DNA of 64,000 bases from NCBI GenBank assembly GCA_976226885.1, contig OZ320317.1:3100001-3164000 (forward strand), given 5' to 3'. The notes beneath the pieces are model-generated. The model did no database searches and was not told where the DNA came from. It worked only from the letters and a program-made list of their open reading frames with translations. Below are positions 49,190-62,052 of the stretch, one piece after another. The stretch is from Iphione sp. A-MEVVRFRX5 (lineage: Eukaryota). The position numbers and the translations under genes are program-made. Numbering within the stretch: the first letter of the stretch is position 1; each line of letters starts with the position of its first letter.

Positions 49190-50961
49190 AAACCTGGAAC
49201 TCACCTGGAACCTCCAAAGGAACATCAGTAACCAGCTTCTGGAAGCCCAGCATGGCAACTGAAGAAGGCCCTTGGCTGTATGTAAGTGCCTACCTATCCT
49301 CAATGGGGGGGTAGCCTTTCTGCTCCTCTGGAAAGTAATGCTCTCCCACAGAAGGACACCTGTCCTGGTCCTCTGGTAGAAAGGCCCCTCCCTGGGAGAG
49401 GCCTGCAAGGTAAGCCGGTAGGTCCATTGGTGTGCACTGTCTGAAGTCTGACATCAGACTGATGGGCGACCGCCGATCGCATGCTCTTATATAGCAAGCG
49501 AATGGAATCGACTGGGGAACCACAGTTGAGTGGGAAACTGCGTAGTAGCGCATTGACAATACGACTGTGGAACCACAGCGGCACGGAACCTACGGCAGCA
49601 GGACTGTGGGGACGCAGGCCGAGGAGACACCTCTACCCCCAATTCAGCGTATATCGTATGGAGAAAGGCCAAGTAAACCTTAAGAGGGGTTAAAATGGGA
49701 GAAAAGCAGGAATTCGTAGGCTGTGGTACCACAGTCGAGAAACGACTCGGTGACTGGGGGCCCACAGTCAAGAAAGGGGAATTCCGGAAGCGGACAACCC
49801 AAACATCCGCCAGCCTCGTTGTCATTCTTGGGGAAGCCCTTTTGCGCGTTCGGTGAGGAGGAGCGTTGTTTTCGAGAAAGAACCGACCGTGGGGAAGAAG
49901 AATTGGCCAAAAAGAGAAGAGGAGGTCGTGCCACAGGGAGCAGAGACGACTGCGGGCCCACAGTGAGAGAGTGAACGCTGCGTTATACCCCGGAGGGAGG
50001 AGGAGAATATTTTCCACAGACGGCGGCCGACTTCGTGGTGACTGCGGTCCCGCAGTGAGTAGCGAACAACCAACCCCCGTAAGTAAGTCAAACGACTGTG
50101 GAACCACAGGGACAGTCGACGGTGGGGAACGGCCTATGACAACTGGGTTACCCACCAAGAAAAACAAAGGGGGGCCCAGCAAGACACGTATATACGATGT
50201 GAGGTGGCAGAAGGAGGTCAGGGAGGTGACGACGCGACGACAAGCCACCGAACCGACGATACATGACGTATGTTTAGGGGCCCCTCCGTGCCAGCACCCG
50301 GTGGCTGGGGGCGACGTAGGTCCCACCTTACCGCCTGCTGTTTAGAGTGCTGATGGCCTAATGTTTTTCCCAGTAGGGTGTGACGGGTGATACAAGCTGT
50401 TGTTATCAGGTGTTTGGTACTGTGTAATATTATTTTAGATCGATGCTGAGTGCTGTTTTCATTGTTGACTGTGATTTACCTCTACTGCCGTTACTGCCAT
50501 TAACTTAATCATTACCTCCCGTGGAGGCTTGGTCAGATTACAGTAAAGATGTTATAGGAAAAGAGGAAAGGGGACTGTACCCACAAAAAAAGTTGTTATT
50601 GACCAATGCATGAACTGTGATTGATTATTGTTGTGATATACTGTGTTGTTGCCTAAACAGATCAGTACCTCCTAGGGAGGCTCTGCCAGATTACAGTGAG
50701 GAAGTTACGGTAAAGAATGAAAGGGGACTGTACCCCACACAAAAATTAAGGAGTTGTTACCGACTAATGCACAAGCTGTGATCGTTGTGATACCTTGTGC
50801 TGTTACCTGAATCACTACCTCCTATGGAGGCTTTGCTAAATTTACCAGGAGTTAGTAGATCAACTGTTACCCTCTATGGAGGCTTATGTTGGCTCAGGAT
50901 GTACTTCTCAGGGAAACAGGTTTTCACTTCCCCCGGTAGACTATTTTTAAGGTGGGGAGAG

Positions 50962-52033
50962 TGTAATGTGATAATGTTACCTGTGGCACCACAGCCACTC
51001 GTATTGTACTTAGCGAACTCTAAGACATAATAGTAATACTGCCTGTGGTTCCACAGCCACTTGTGTTGCACTTGATGAACTCTAAGACTTAGTAGTAACG
51101 TTGCCTGCGGCACCACAGTTGTGTAGATTGTAGTAGTAACGTTGCCTGTGGCACCACAGCCACTCGTGTTGTACTCTAAGACGTAATAGTAATACTGCCT
51201 GTGGTTCCACAGCCACTTGTGTTGCACTTGATGAACTCTAAGACTTAGTAGTAACGTTGCCTGTGGCACCACAGTTGTGTAGATCGTAGTAGTGACGTTG
51301 CCTGTGGCACCACAGTCACTTGTATTGTACTTGATGAACTCTAAGACTTAGTAGTAACGTTGCCTGCGGCACCACAGTTGTGTAGATTGTAGTAGTAACG
51401 TTGCCTGTGGCACCACAGCCACTTGTGTTGTACTTGATGAACTCTAAGACTTAGTAGTAACATTGCCTGTGGCACCACAGTCACTGGTGTTGTACTTGGT
51501 GAACTCTAAGACCTTAGTGCATGTGTACTGGAGAGTAAGCTTAGGGCCGCCTGTGGCACCACAGTCATTTATGCTGGATGGCCTGTGGTACCACAGGCAT
51601 ATAGGATGTCTAAGGTCACCTTGAACCCTGGATGACAAGGCACCTGCAATATGATTGGTAGACAGAAAAAATCTTTGGAATGTTGTAGCCTTTTTATTCC
51701 ATGACTGATACATTGTACTAATCACATGACCAGGAGTTTGGCTATAAATATGGGCCCGGTGTGGCCAATAAAACAGTTTGCACTTGGACCTCACTAGTGG
51801 ACCTTGTTGATTTGGGGATGTAACAAACCCACTTGGATTACCTAGGGTTGGCACTTGGATGTAACCGCACTGGGACTACAGTGAAGTAACTGAGACAGGA
51901 TAGCACTAGACATAGCTGGATCTACCAAGTGGGAGATTTAACAGAGAATTATCCTGGAGTTAGGACTTGGATAAAATCTCACTGGAATTATAGTGGAGTA
52001 ACTAAGCGAGTTGGACTTAGCCATTAAATTACA
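50962..52033 (+). repeat. 3' LTR (1072 bp) with 12 palindrome units
   Basis: Matches the 5' LTR except for a 103-bp and a 27-bp indel; array spans 50981-51596. Confidence 0.95.
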
Positions 52034-55000
52034 ATAACCCAAAACATTCTAACAGGATTCGGTCCAAAACGGTTCTCATAATCATGGTTACATTAAAGAG
52101 CCAATGGCAATATGTATTGTTGTAATCACGCATTCATTTTTATTCATTACTGGGTACATTTAAAATATGGATCATACAACAATTAATACCAAAAGTGCAG
52201 AGCGCTTCTGTCACATACGCCAACTGCGTAGTACTTACTTATTCAAAATTTTTATTTGGGTAGCTCTCCTTAAAGGCTTATACTTCTCATACTTGTATCT
52301 TTACACTGTACAAACACAGTTTTCCTTTTCCCTTAACTGTGTTACACATTCAGTTTTTGAATATAATATAATGTTTTTTCTATATGAGTATCTAAATAGG
52401 GAAAAATATTTGGTTTGGATTTCGGGAAATTCATTTTTTGAGTGCTTGGTTTTGGAGTAACCTCTGTACTTAAATTTGATTTATTAACAACCAATCATGG
52501 AGTCTCTGTTGTTCATGATTTATTCATGATATTTTTACTTTATCTGAGAAAAAAATAATTCAATTTACAGAAGGCAGTCTATTGATTGTGTCATCAAAAG
52601 GAAATTTCTTGATTGGAGAACCCCAAGGATAAATTATGCAAATTATTTGAAAAAAAAATTGACAACAAAACAAATAAAAGTTTTGGTAATGAATAAATAA
52701 AAGATAACCTAAATGTTATGCACTTTGGATAATGTATAGAGCATTTATGCAATCTCAGAATGATTTTTTGGCGGCCATCAGATAATATGAATATTATGAG
52801 ATCTGATGATGATGATGATGTGTCAAAGCTTTCATGAAAATACTTACTGTGAAGCTTTTTCAAAGAGACCGTGTCCAATGTGAACATTATGGAGCCTATA
52901 CCGAGAAAAGTGGCCTCTCAAAGGCGATCATTGATATTGATAAAATCGATTTGAATTTCAAATCCTCTTGTTTTTCCTAGGTGTTGCCCTCCTTCTTGCT
53001 CCTGCTATAATATTCAAGAAAATATGCATTGAGGTCATGTTCTGTTTGTGTTCATATTTCTAGTAAACAGTGGAGTCCTGAATTGTGTGAAGAAAAAAAA
53101 TTCCAAAGGCAGTTTCAGAACAGACCTTTAGACATATACCTGTTCACACATAATCTCTTATTTGTGTTAAGTTCATATACAGGGACTTGTCTGGGAACCA
53201 AATAATTCACTTGATGTTAGCAATATTTTTAATTCAACTTTCTCTTTTTTTTATTTATTCAGCCTCCAGAAGTAAGTAGTCTTTACTGAACTTTGAATTA
53301 AATCACCCTCATAGTTTATTCAGAATTAGGTGAACAAGTATACTGTATTAACTATTGATAATCGGCATTTCCTGATCAAATATGTAAAATATTCCAATGT
53401 TTGTATATAATGGAAAAGAAATCTACATTTTACCCCAGTAAATATTTATGGAATCAGAAAATAGCTATAAAGCCTCATGATAGATACAGTTTCTTTACTT
53501 CCATTATATCTTATTTTTCAGCTTATTTTTGATATTTTACAGAAATGTAGTAAGGGCCTGTATGTTTATTGAATTGTGAATTGTTGTTTGTTTCATTATT
53601 GATATATATATATCCCAGTACAGAAACAGGGCGATGTAATTTGTTTCCTATTTACAAGTACTAAACAGTTGCCTAGTTACTGTGAAATATTACAGAAACT
53701 GTACATACCTAAAAATCTTTCATAATGAAAATGATTTTTCCATTATTGATTGGAAAATATTTTGTTTACATGTAACAAAATAGTTCAGTTTCTGTGTTGT
53801 TTGAAATTTTGGGAATTTGATGAAGAGGTAGCATATTGTCTCAAACCGAGTCAGGCTTCTAAAGAGTGAGTTAAATTCTAGTTCACAATAATACATTTTT
53901 AAGAATTATTCCTGTCTCCAATTTTCTTATGTTGTGTCTTGTAAATGATGTTATAGTAATTATAACTTTAACATTTTCAGTTAACCATTCAAATCGAAGT
54001 TGTAAGTAGTTTTTGCCAAACTTATCAAATAATTAAATAATCACTGACATGATATTGCTCAATAACTGTAGAACCTGCCAAGCTGCTAGTCTACTTGTCA
54101 GTTTGTGCATTGAACAGCATGTACTATATGTTTTAAATATCATTTTATAAGAACGAATGCATTTGACAAGATTGTTGGTTATAATTTTGTGATATATTAA
54201 TGTGTGTATTATACATGATTATCCACAGCTGATTTTATCTATGGGCTATTAATGTCTAATATCAAAATCAAATCCCTTCTCTTTCTCATTCTTTCAGAAA
54301 ACATTTTTACAACATATTCTTTTAATAGAAAACATTAGTTCCTCTTTGAAACTTATTTTTGTTAAAGTTAATCCAACACAAAGTAAAGATTAATACTCTT
54401 ATTTATACTTTGTCATCCTGTTGCATTCTGGGGCTACAAGTAATTCAACTTTACTATTTAGAGACCTATAACAGCAATATTCAAGCAGAGCTTCTGATAC
54501 TCAGGTATTACTAGTTGGACATCATTATCTAGAGAGCTAAGATATCACCTGCCAGATACACATAGATTCAAGACATACATTCTTGAATAGGTGTTTATTC
54601 CATGCTTGTGTGTGTATGAGGTGCGTTTAGCATACACTTTTAGCCATGCAGTAAAATGACATGTACTGAAAGTTCCTGAAGTAAAGATGGCAAGGAGATG
54701 AAACTAAGAGATACTGTAATTAAGCTATTTCTCAGACTGAATTCAAAAGGAAGAAGGAAAATTAGAATCTCTTAGTCAATGTTATGAGCTCTTATACATC
54801 GAAAAAGGTAAATACACATTTCGTGTGAGAATTTGTTTTCAATCAACAAACATTTATCACAGCACACTTTAGTTCTTTTCACAGTGCAGAAATAATGTTT
54901 CAGCATGGGAGAGTCCATTGAGAGTGTCAACGCAACTAGTTTATATACTTGAATCCCTTTGACAGACAATGCGCACAAACATGGCATGATCTGCTTGTAA

Positions 55001-56989
55001 CCATGTATTGAAGGTAGCTAGAAATTAGTTGTCACACATTTTACCATTAAGATGTCACAGCGCCAAGTATCAAAGGTACTTCATAGAATGTGGATAATGA
55101 CTACCTCATTCACATGTAACTTGATATCAGAAGATGTTATTACACTGTTCTAGTTTCAAGTGTGATTATTCGGAATCTCTGTTTGACATGTACAAAGTTC
55201 TTCATCCGAACTACAGACAATGGGTTTAAATAAGTTAACACTTGGTTTCACAATATATCACAGATTATGTTGCTTTCTACTGGTTATATAAAGGAGACAG
55301 GTTTTTGCAAGAAAGGTTTTTTGCTTCTAGATGGTTCCAAGAACATGAGTCTTTGAATGACAAATTTTGTTTTCACACTTAGAAGCATTTCATACAAGGG
55401 GTTACTTGACAACTTTTAACTGAGCACTGCACAATTCACAGTTCTCTAACCTCTTCCAGACCAACAATGGAAAAATCGATCATATATGATCAATAATATT
55501 GAGGCAAGAAAGTATGTTTTGCCAGGAGTCACATTTGATTGATATTCTTTAACTAATCATGACTATATCTATTCTTCATGCATCTCATGATGGAACAAAT
55601 CTGCATTAGTGATGCTTATGTACATTGTGATGCACTATTTTTGCACGAGACACGTTTACTTGAGGATCATTATAAAATATGTTTTAGATCACTTACCAGG
55701 ACAAATCTGGTATGAAAACACAGCAAAATATTAATACTTTCTTAATTTTAATTTTTCTTCTAGGATCAATAGCTTTCAATGTTTGCCTGGTACTAATGGA
55801 AATAAGGGTAAATTAAAGATATTTTTTTCTAAATTATATCATATATTATGTCCTGTCTTGTTGTCATGACAACCCGAAATATAAGGTGATAACCTTTCCA
55901 AAATAACATTCAATTCAAGGGCTTTCACATGATATATGACATTATCGAGCATCTCTTGAATTAAAACTTGTAGCTAAACATCAAACTGCAGTATAATATT
56001 ACAGAAGCTCCATCTTATGCAGTCAGGAACGGGCTAACAACAAAATTTCTAATGATACATTCCCCATACATTGGCCATCACAATTAGTACTGTGTAACAA
56101 TACAATAGATGAATAAAAACCATAAAGACCATATATCAGTTATTTAACTTATTCCGGTTCTAGGTATACTTCCACTGAATGAGAAATAATATATAACAGC
56201 TGTAGCTTAACATGCATGTTCTCACGATAGCTGTGAGCCACCTGTTTTTATATTATCCAACTGATCTTCTATCACTGTATATTACTACCTTAATTAGTTG
56301 CATATATCTTTGTGGTACCAAAACCCCAATTTCAATATAAATAAATCCATCTTCCAAGCAGATCGTTATTGTTTAGAATATTTCTCCTGACTCTCTTTTA
56401 GCCACACCCTGCTATTGCATTAAAATCAATACCCAATAATGGCTTGTTGGACACATTCAGCACTCCATACACACTTAAAACTTTCTGGACACATGCTCAT
56501 GCATATACAATCTCTTCCCCCACAAACTCGAGAACATTGACAGCACCATACCATCACCCCCACACCCGCTATCACTTGTTCGAGCCCACTCATTCACACT
56601 TACATTTAATGTTATCGTGCTTTCTCGAACCCCAAACAGCCATGGTGTGACACACTTCAGACCAATGGCACACATCTTACATCACCAGACACTCATAATG
56701 GTAGCTTTTATTGTGTTTGCCCTTACCCTGTATCCCATCACCAATACTCGGTTACTCCAACCTCTCATCATGAGTGTCAGGTTGATCTGAGACTCTCCAT
56801 GCACTGTATACCACACCTCTAGAGATGTTCATTATAAATCCCAGGACAGAAATATAACCAGATGGATGGACAGTATACTATTCTCCCTCTCCATCGCCCA
56901 ACCCTGCCTCCAGCGTTTCCAGTGCACTTCATGGCAGTTTAAGTAGTGTCATTACCCTGTCGGGTAGCATGTTCCACAGAAATACATCA

Positions 56990-58420
56990 TTGTATCTTAG
57001 ACATGCAATATACTTGCTCGATTCCAGGTCTTGGTAGCATCATGATGTATGGACTTTTTAATTAACCCTGGTCTAGATTTAGGAACTTGGAGAAGTGAAG
57101 CATCATGTCGTCTTGTATTTAGCTGTGATTGTTTTGGTAGAAGTTCAAGAAGATTCAGATTAAGGAGAATGTTCAGTGAAGTAGTGTCGTCCCTGAACAC
57201 TTTTCATCATATTGAACATAATGTACAGGTCGGTACTAGGGAGCACCTTCCTTGACTTTGTGCAGTCATGATGTCTTTTGTATGTTAATGCCAAGGCCAT
57301 ATTTTGTAATTGCTGAAGTCTATCAAGTTCATTCTCGCTACAACGATTTAAAATGACTGTTAAATAATCAACTTGTGGTAGAATAAAGCCCTTATATAGT
57401 TGTAGCATGTCAACAACATTTTTAAAAATTCTGATTTTGAATAGCATATTAAATTTTTTGCAGCATATTTTCGGTGATTTTTACAACTGGTTTGAGGTTT
57501 ACATATACAGTAGAACTTCTGTCGGGGAACACCTCAAAACAGGGACCACCCCCTAAAAAAATCAGATTTTTAAAGAACCAAACTATTTTCCTCCATTTTA
57601 TGCTTCATAAAGTCTCAGTATGGGGACCACCTCCTAAATGGGACCACCCCGCCCTGGACCACCTATGAAAAGGTATCAAAGTCTCATAGAGGGGACCATC
57701 AGGGACATTTTAAAGAGGAAAGGGTGTAACTACAATGTGTGTATATTGAGAACGTCAAATTTTCAATAAAGGGAGGATTGAAAGGACATTATGTAAAATG
57801 GGAATTATAAGTAATACACATGGAAGAAAATCAGAGGAGGTCCTCATACCTCTCCTTGCATCTTTGCTCACACCTTTCCCACATCCTTTTGAAGTGTGCT
57901 ACTGCTACTGGCCAAGTCCTCTCACCTTTCCTCACACATTTTTGCCTGTCCTTCTGATGTGTGCTACTCCTGGAAAGTTCCTCACACCTCTCCTAACACA
58001 TTTTGTCGCCATTTTCCCGCCATTTGGCATCTAGGAGGGATTATAAAGAGCTGTCTTTCACCAGTCCTCCATTCAGAGCTACTCAGACACTAAATATGGA
58101 AATATGGGAAAATTCGGAAATGGGACCACTCCCTAAATGGGACCACTTATGAAAAGAACCGAAGGTGGTCCCATTAGTGAGGTTCTACTGTACAGGTACA
58201 ATCTTGGTTTTACTGATGTTGACTACTGGTCAGTTATGCTTACAGAAGGCAAAGAGTTGGTCAACTGCTAATTTGGTTTTATTGACCAAATTAGTAGTGT
58301 TATTTTCCTATACAAGTATGAAAGTATCGTCAGAAAGCAGTATAATTTTAGTAGTGACTGAAATAGGTAAATCATTGATGTACAAACAACAGTAATGGCC
58401 AAAATGTAGGTGCTTGGGGC
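56990..58420 (-). mobile_element. Decayed LINE RT 3' half, split by a MITE
   Basis: LYINDLP..ILLSDDT..VNISKTK (58195-58400); LYKGFILPQVDY..LQQLQN and VPKSR..KKSI..TWN (56990-57450). Confidence 0.7.
57508..58190. mobile_element. pogo/Tigger-like (Tc1-mariner) non-autonomous DNA transposon
   Basis: TIR CAGTAGAAC(T/C)TC / GAGGTTCTACTG, TA on both sides, and repeated subterminal GGGACCAC motifs. Confidence 0.85.
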
Positions 58421-58999
58421 TGGGACTGGGTGTGTTGTGAGAGAGTTCGCTGCCGGTCCCACAGCCACAGGAACCCAGACATAGAATTTCAAGCATAATT
58501 CGCTAATCCACGCCTGGGAGTGTCATTAGAGGGTTAGCTGCACCCGCAGGATGCTAAAATGTCATATTCCTAGCTTAATTGCTTATTCAACTATGTGGTA
58601 TGAGAATGAGTTGCCCCCAGATGCAGTATGGTCATATTTCTGAGCATGAAATACATTAGATCATAAAGTAAACAAATTTGAGACTGACCAGAATTGCGAA
58701 CTGATGCACGTCTCCCACCAGGTCCAGTTGCCCGCAGGGCAGGCTGCTACTGCACATACTATCATGAGTCCATACATCGATGTCTTGACATACAGAACCT
58801 TCTTGGCTAAAGAAGTGTGCAGCATACAGCATGCAGCCCAAGTCTTGTAACCGCACATGCTGTCCTGCAGTTGATCACGATCAGCACTCTGAGCCTCCTC
58901 GCAGCCCTAGGAGCCTCTTTGCAATGCTTTCTGAGCAACAACAGAGTATCAGTTTGTAGTTACATCTCACATTAAACAGCAATGTAAGAACAAATATCT

Positions 59000-59900
59000 G
59001 CAGAGACAATATCCTCACTCGATATTATCACACATTGTGTGTTACACTCTCATGCATGATTTATCATACAGTTTTACATGGAGTTTGCACACACTATTTT
59101 GTAAGGCATCAATGCATCTCCCAGTAGATTCTTTCCCATGGTGTTGACCTGATAATTTTTCTCTGGTAGCCATAGACCCTCACCATTCCCTAAAGATGTG
59201 TCCCAATCACAAAAGATGAGCTTACTGATTTGGTTTTTAACAACTCTGATCTTGCAATTTGGTTGAGTTCATACTTACTGCCTATTTTCCTTGTACCCAG
59301 TCCAGAGTGAGCATTCCTAATTTCTGTCGGTGCTTTCTTCTCTGTACAGAAACACACTTTTTCTGACTGCAGCACCACCTCTGGACTCTTTTACAGCCTC
59401 CTGCCCAGTAAGGCTGGACTTTTTTCCACAAATAAAAAATGATCTTCATCTTTAGTGAAATAATTCAGTTTTGCTATGTATTTTGGGAAATTAAGACCTG
59501 GGTGCAACCTATAAGGTAGATTTTGAATATCACCTTGGCATTATCTCTCACCATCTATGTGGACACGAAGTCCTTGTACGACTGGCTACCTGATATCCCT
59601 CTTGCCCAGCTGTGCAGCAACTTTTATAAGTTTGTGATGTGTTTCATGTGCCCTCTAAGGAATATCCTCCCTAAAATATACTTGTAAAATCGAGCAATTC
59701 TTTACAGGTTAGCCTTTATTAAGTGCTATGTTTCTGTCCTCACTCAACTCCGCTAGTCCCGCTGACCTTTTTACAACATACACTGTATACTTGAATGCAT
59801 AAATGTACTTTTGTATGGGAACAGCTTCAAATGACGTTTTTCTTGACCTATCATATATTTTAATTCTTTAGAAGTCATCATCGACTCTCTTACAATGCTT
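59000..59900 (-). pseudogene. Possible Crypton-like tyrosine recombinase remnant
   Basis: KYIAKLN..HFLF and W..NYQVNTMGKNLLG..INHA* loosely follow the Crypton/DUF3504 pattern; heavily decayed. Confidence 0.3.
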
Positions 59901-60392
59901 CTGTGGGAATGTTAGCCCATTCATCCATCTACCTCACATTCACACTGACAGTATCCACTTGTTGTCTGCAGATCAGGCCTGATACAAGGTGTCTACTTCT
60001 GCCCTCATCCTCTCAACTGCATCCTTTAGGCCACACAGCTTACTGTGTATCATGCTGTAGCATCAAACAAACCCATGTTGTAGTCCCTATTGTCACTAGT
60101 GGCTGTCTCCAGACAGCTGCCTCGAGTTTGAGAAGCCTTGCAGTTGATTCAAACAGCATTGTTTATCGAATCGTATGATAGTAAGCTGGTTTCCTTTGAC
60201 TCCTCACTTGATCCTCCATCAGCTAGTGTCTCCTCCTCCCTTACTGCCATCATTTCTCTATTTGTAACACAAAGGGGTTCACCAGGACAGCAGGTTCGAT
60301 ATCAGCCTTTTATTCTTCAGTAGTAGTACAGTGAATCGGCATTCATTAGCATCAAGGTGGGTGAGTCTGACAAGAGCGTTGACGCAACACAA

Positions 60393-60610
60393 TGTAGCAC
60401 AAATGCAAACATCACAAGTCAGGTTCAAGTCAGCCTTTATTCTTTAGCCGCTAGTCCTAAACACTCGACATATTTTGTGTCTTTTATTACATGACATCAT
60501 ATTGCTGTTCTTTTAATACAACGATAAATTCCCCTTTTCGTTCCGTTTATTGCATAAGAGAAAGCCGAGTTGTCCTGTTACAACATCATCATATTTGTAA
60601 CTGTGTTACA
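60393..60610 (-). repeat. 3' LTR (218 bp) of an env-bearing LTR element
   Basis: On minus: purine run GAGGGA, then TGTAACACAGTTAC...AATAAAGGCTGACTTGAACCTGAC...GTGCTACA. Both ends resemble solo LTR 19761-20352. Confidence 0.75.
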
Positions 60611-62052
60611 TCCCTCGACTCCTTGGAAAACAATGCACAGCATTGTGACCCCTCCTCAAGATGGACCCAAAGAAAGTCCAAACGTGCACTTCAATATGAT
60701 GTCTTCAGCATTCTGGCCCAACAGGTCTTCAGTATGACCAGTTCAACAGGAACACCATACTCCTTTCCAATCACAACTGGTACTACCAGGTCTCAGGACA
60801 GATGGGAGGCCGTTAAGACAGGTGGTTGGAAAAACCCCACAATACACGTTCCGAACGCACTGGAACCCTCAACGTGGTTACCTTCACTAAAGATGGGGAT
60901 AAAGATTACATACCAGACCCTTGGGCTCCGCCCACGAGATCTGGCCCACCCTCATGAAGGCTTTGCATCATACAGGATGTATCGGAACTCTCCAAACAGA
61001 ATATTACCCTTTTTCCCCATTTCTCAAAGCAACTCTACAGCACCCATTAGGATCAGTGTTTTCATGAACTCATGAAGAAGAATGCACTTTGCCTTACGAC
61101 ATCATAGTCATTGACTCTGTCAATAGATCATGTCAAAGAAAAGAAGCCTATGAACTCGTGTGATCCTACTACTATCGGCTACCCTAGTCCCAGAGAATTG
61201 CCACCAATTCCCTGAAGCTCAAAGGACAGCAGTTCAAACCAGGGAAAATATTCCCCGACTTGACTCCTTGGACCCCAAGATGCAGGGTGACACAAGTGTC
61301 AAAGCCTGTAGCTGTGGTCATGGATGATGGCCTAGCCATCAAGAAGGAAGACGGGAAAGCAGAAGAGGAGGCAGAGCTGTGGCCTATCAGTACACTAACC
61401 AAGAATGGCCAACACTCTGCCAAGTTTCATGAGGTGCCCTTCCAAGCAAAAACCTGTTTCACTTAGAAGAACAACCCCACAGCCTGTAGGCTACCATGAG
61501 ACGACACTTCCTGGGACAAATATTTGCAACTGAAGTGCCATGACATGGGGATCCTAAGAGTTATAATAGAACCCACTCTCATGGATCCATAGTCCACTCA
61601 CGTAACCAGATGTCGCCTTGCTGATCACAATATTATGTACATAATTAATAAGGTACACGTGTTCAAACTCTGTTTCCAAATACATGAATTGATTACACAG
61701 GCTAAATAGTGATACATATAACAATCACAGTGATTGACGAGCGTCAACAATACCATTTCATTTCCTACAACCACATGAATTTATACAATACATCAAGTGC
61801 TATAACCAGTTTTCACTGATGAGTACACATTATCACAGGTTGTGCAAGAGTTTCTTTCTCTTCTGCCAAGACTGTAACTCCTTCCCTAACGAAACACAGA
61901 AAAAGGACGTTCATTCGGGGCGTACAAATCCATAGAGGATTTAAGATAAGTAGGGTGGTATACCTCAAATTCTTTGGGACCTTGCTTAAATTTCATCACA
62001 CACTTGGGTATAATACGGACAGGGTCTGGAGCACTAGGAGGAGGCAGGGCCC

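Larger units (their letters stand above)
44769..52033 (+). mobile_element. Young Ty3/Gypsy LTR element, non-autonomous (RT, RNase H and most of integrase deleted)
   Basis: LTRs 44769-45970 and 50962-52033 (TG...CA); TSD ATAA (44765-44768 and 52034-52037); PBS 45972-45989; PPT 50949-50961. Confidence 0.96.

Noticed and set aside
49487-50345. 279-aa minus and 159-aa plus ORFs in the Gypsy extra region
   Set aside because: No recognisable domain; recurring VVPQS/CGTT peptides simply reflect the DNA palindrome in GC-rich sequence.
52040-56900. Possible exons or Polinton/transposase remnants (e.g. FKDS peptide near 55350)
   Set aside because: AT-rich with frequent stops; single short motifs are not enough support.
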